NCBI GenBank assembly: GCA_965206695.1
Contig: CBDBKM010000010.1
Location: forward strand, 448,001 to 512,000
DNA from: Chlamydiales bacterium
GTDB lineage: Bacteria; Chlamydiota; Chlamydiia; Chlamydiales; JAAZZY01
Direction of reading: 5' to 3'
Length of the DNA stretch: 64,000 bases
The translations under genes were made by a program, and so were the position numbers. A model generated the notes under the pieces. The model saw only the letters and a list, made by a program, of their open reading frames with translations. It searched no databases and had not been told where the DNA came from. Position 1 is the first letter of the stretch. Every line of letters begins with the position of its first letter. Of this stretch, positions 61,633 to 64,000 are shown piece by piece.

Positions 61633-62433
61633 AGACTTCTTTCGAAACTAATTTTTTGATAATAATGTTCTTGTTAAAATAAGTGAGGATAACATGAAGT
61701 TTGAAACAGTTAAAAGTTTAGACGATGAAAAATTTCGTCGGCTAACGGGCATTAAGAAAGCTACATTTGATAGGATGCAGTTGATTTTAGAAGAATCGAA
61801 CAAACTCAAAAAAGTTAAAGGTGTTAGGAAGAACAAACTAAGCATAAAGGATATGCTGCTTATGACTCCGGAATATATCCGAGAATACGGGACTTATTTC
61901 CATGTGAGTTAAAGTTACGGTGTTAGTGAGAGTACTGCCTATAAAACTGTAAGGTGGGTCGAGGATACATTAATCAAGCACCCTGATTTCTCTTTGCCCG
62001 GACGCAAAGCTCTTCTAAAGAGCGATGTTGAATATGACGTTATTTTAATCGATGCAACAGAAACGCGTATTGAAAGGCCAAAAAGAAACAGAAGTATTTT
62101 TACTCAGGAAAAAAGAAAAAATATACGCTAAAAACTCAGGTTGTTGTGAACAAGAAGACGCAACAAGTAATCTGTACGGCATTCTCGAATGGCAAGCTAC
62201 ATGATTTCAGATTATTCAAAGAGTCAAAAATACAAATCCGTCCGGAAATAAATGTGTTGACTGATACCGGATATCAAGGTCTACAAGATATTCACTCTAA
62301 GATCCAAATGCCAAAGAAAAAAAGTAAAAAGAAGCCATTGACTAAAGATGATAAGAAACGCAATCGACAGCTTTCCAAAGAACGAGTTCTCAATGAACAT
62401 ATCATTGCCCGTTTAAAGCGATTCAAGATTATA
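61633..62433 (+). mobile_element. IS5-family (ISL2/IS1381-like) element, N-terminal part, cut by IS630 copy 9
   Basis: EKFRRLTGIKKATF, IDATE, DTGYQG, ERVLNEHII. Confidence 0.85.
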
Positions 62434-63368
62434 TAGTCATTTAATTTTACATTGATAAGATTGCTTGATCAATGGCGAATGTAAAATTCGTAACTTTTCG
62501 TAATATCTCTCTAACTTTATTTTTCATATTAGCCCAATATTTTTCTATAGGATTTAAGTCCGGAGAATATGGAGGAAGAAACATAAGCTTACAACCGGCA
62601 GATTCTACTTTTTTCCTACTTTCCGCTGACTTGTGAAAACCTGCATTGTCAAGAATAAGAACACTACCGGGTGTAAGCTGAGGAGTCAAAACTTCCTTAA
62701 GCCAAATATTGAATAACCCGGTATTACAAGTACCTTCAAAACACATTGGAGATAAAAACTGCCCTTTAGATAGGGCTGAAATAATATTTTGCCTTATAAA
62801 GCGGTTTCCTGAAACCGCTCCAAAAACTTTTTTGCCGCGTAAGCTTCTTCCGGACTCACGAAATAAAAATTGATGAATCCCGGTTTCATCGAGATAAATT
62901 CTCTTGTCAAAGGGAATATTTTTTAAATCTTTCATAAAAGCTTCCCGTTTCTTTTCATCTCTTTCCTTATAGCGAGTAGTTTTTTTTTTCGTGTAATTTT
63001 TAATCTTTTAAGGGCATAAAAAATCGTTTGCGGAGTGACTGAAAAATAATCAGCAATTTCCGATAAAAAATAATCCGGATGTTTTTCTACATATTTAGAT
63101 AACAACTCATCATCTAATTTTTTATAAGCATATTTTCTGCGGATTGGCTTTAAATGTCCTTTTTGCTTTTTTTGCAAGATCCATCGATATATTGTTGCGA
63201 TACCTACTTGAAAAATATGGCCGGCTGTTTTTTTATCATGATGTTTTTCTATATGTTGTAATACTTTCTCTCGAAGATCTACTGAATAGGCTCTAGGCAT
63301 TGTTTTGTCCTTACTGTTTGTATAAAAAAAGAAGGATAACATATTATCAAATAAAAATTAAAATACTA
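62434..63368 (-). mobile_element. IS630-family element copy 9, intact orfA, potentially autonomous
   Basis: Codon 14 is TTA; A10 shift site retained. Confidence 0.96.
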
Positions 63369-63879
63369 TAATACCGGCATCAGTTAAATTATTGAGTAAT
63401 CTAATAGCATCTTGATAATTGGCGGTAGGTTTTGTAATTAAAGATACGGTACACTTCAAAACATCTTGGAGATTTTTAGTTCCGCTACGATACTGCTTAA
63501 TGATGATGCTATTATCCAATACAGGTTTATGTTGTCTTGATGCTGAGGAGTTTTGCCCGCTAAAAGACGAGCAAGAAACTCTATTATAATTAGATAACGT
63601 ATGAGGCGCTAAAGATTGGACCCGCTGTAAGATATATTTTTCTTGACAGGGCTGTAATTGTGACCAATTTTTTGTTAAATCTCCGTATATTAGTGAACTG
63701 CTAGATGTTCTATCTTTTATATATGCACTAAAATGATCTTCTATACCTTGATCATTCTCATGCCGGATAAAATAAGCAGTATACCTCGGTATTTCGGATT
63801 TAATATACTCTTTATTATCAGATATATAATTATCTATTAGATTAAATTCTATAGAACAGTTACTAGATACATTTAACAT
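63369..63879 (-). pseudogene. Hypothetical gene truncated at its 3' end by IS630 copy 9
   Basis: About 170 open codons from ATG 63879 run into the IS terminus; Ser/Asn-rich N-terminus. Confidence 0.55.
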
Positions 63880-64000
63880 CAATTCTAATATAAGGTTATT
63901 TATTTAACTAAATTATAACATAATTAATGTATTACTTAAACTTAAAAGATGATAAATAGTAAACATCTTTTAAGGTTATTTGATTGTAATTTTAAAGGTT

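Overview
AT-rich chromosomal window from an environmental member of Chlamydiota, judged by the ruvB-SpoIID-slc1-ssb-pepA and glgP/pdhABC synteny. Core blocks alternate with dense insertion-sequence debris. There are nine near-identical 934-937 bp IS630 copies (TA duplication, A10 frameshift site, 7 of 9 sharing one nonsense mutation), plus IS701, IS5, IS1634, IS3 and other IS630 remnants that are often nested. Accessory cargo includes: (1) a 17-gene sugar cluster that looks like an NDP-octose (lincosamide-type LmbR/N/K/M/L/Z) pathway joined to three ThDP-dependent branching subunits; (2) a two-subunit ATP-citrate lyase; (3) a fused trehalose-6-P synthase/phosphatase; (4) a TPP-riboswitch-controlled MFS transporter; (5) a eukaryote-like RING protein with a poly-C tract and other effector-like ORFs; (6) HigBA next to a tRNA-Tyr attachment-site remnant; (7) two apparent pseudoenzymes. 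At sequence level, CCGG is strongly over-represented with CTGG-to-CCGG changes in dead transposases, and there is a reconstructable Tn10-style inversion/deletion at 58-63 kb. All calls were made by eye; no database searches were run.
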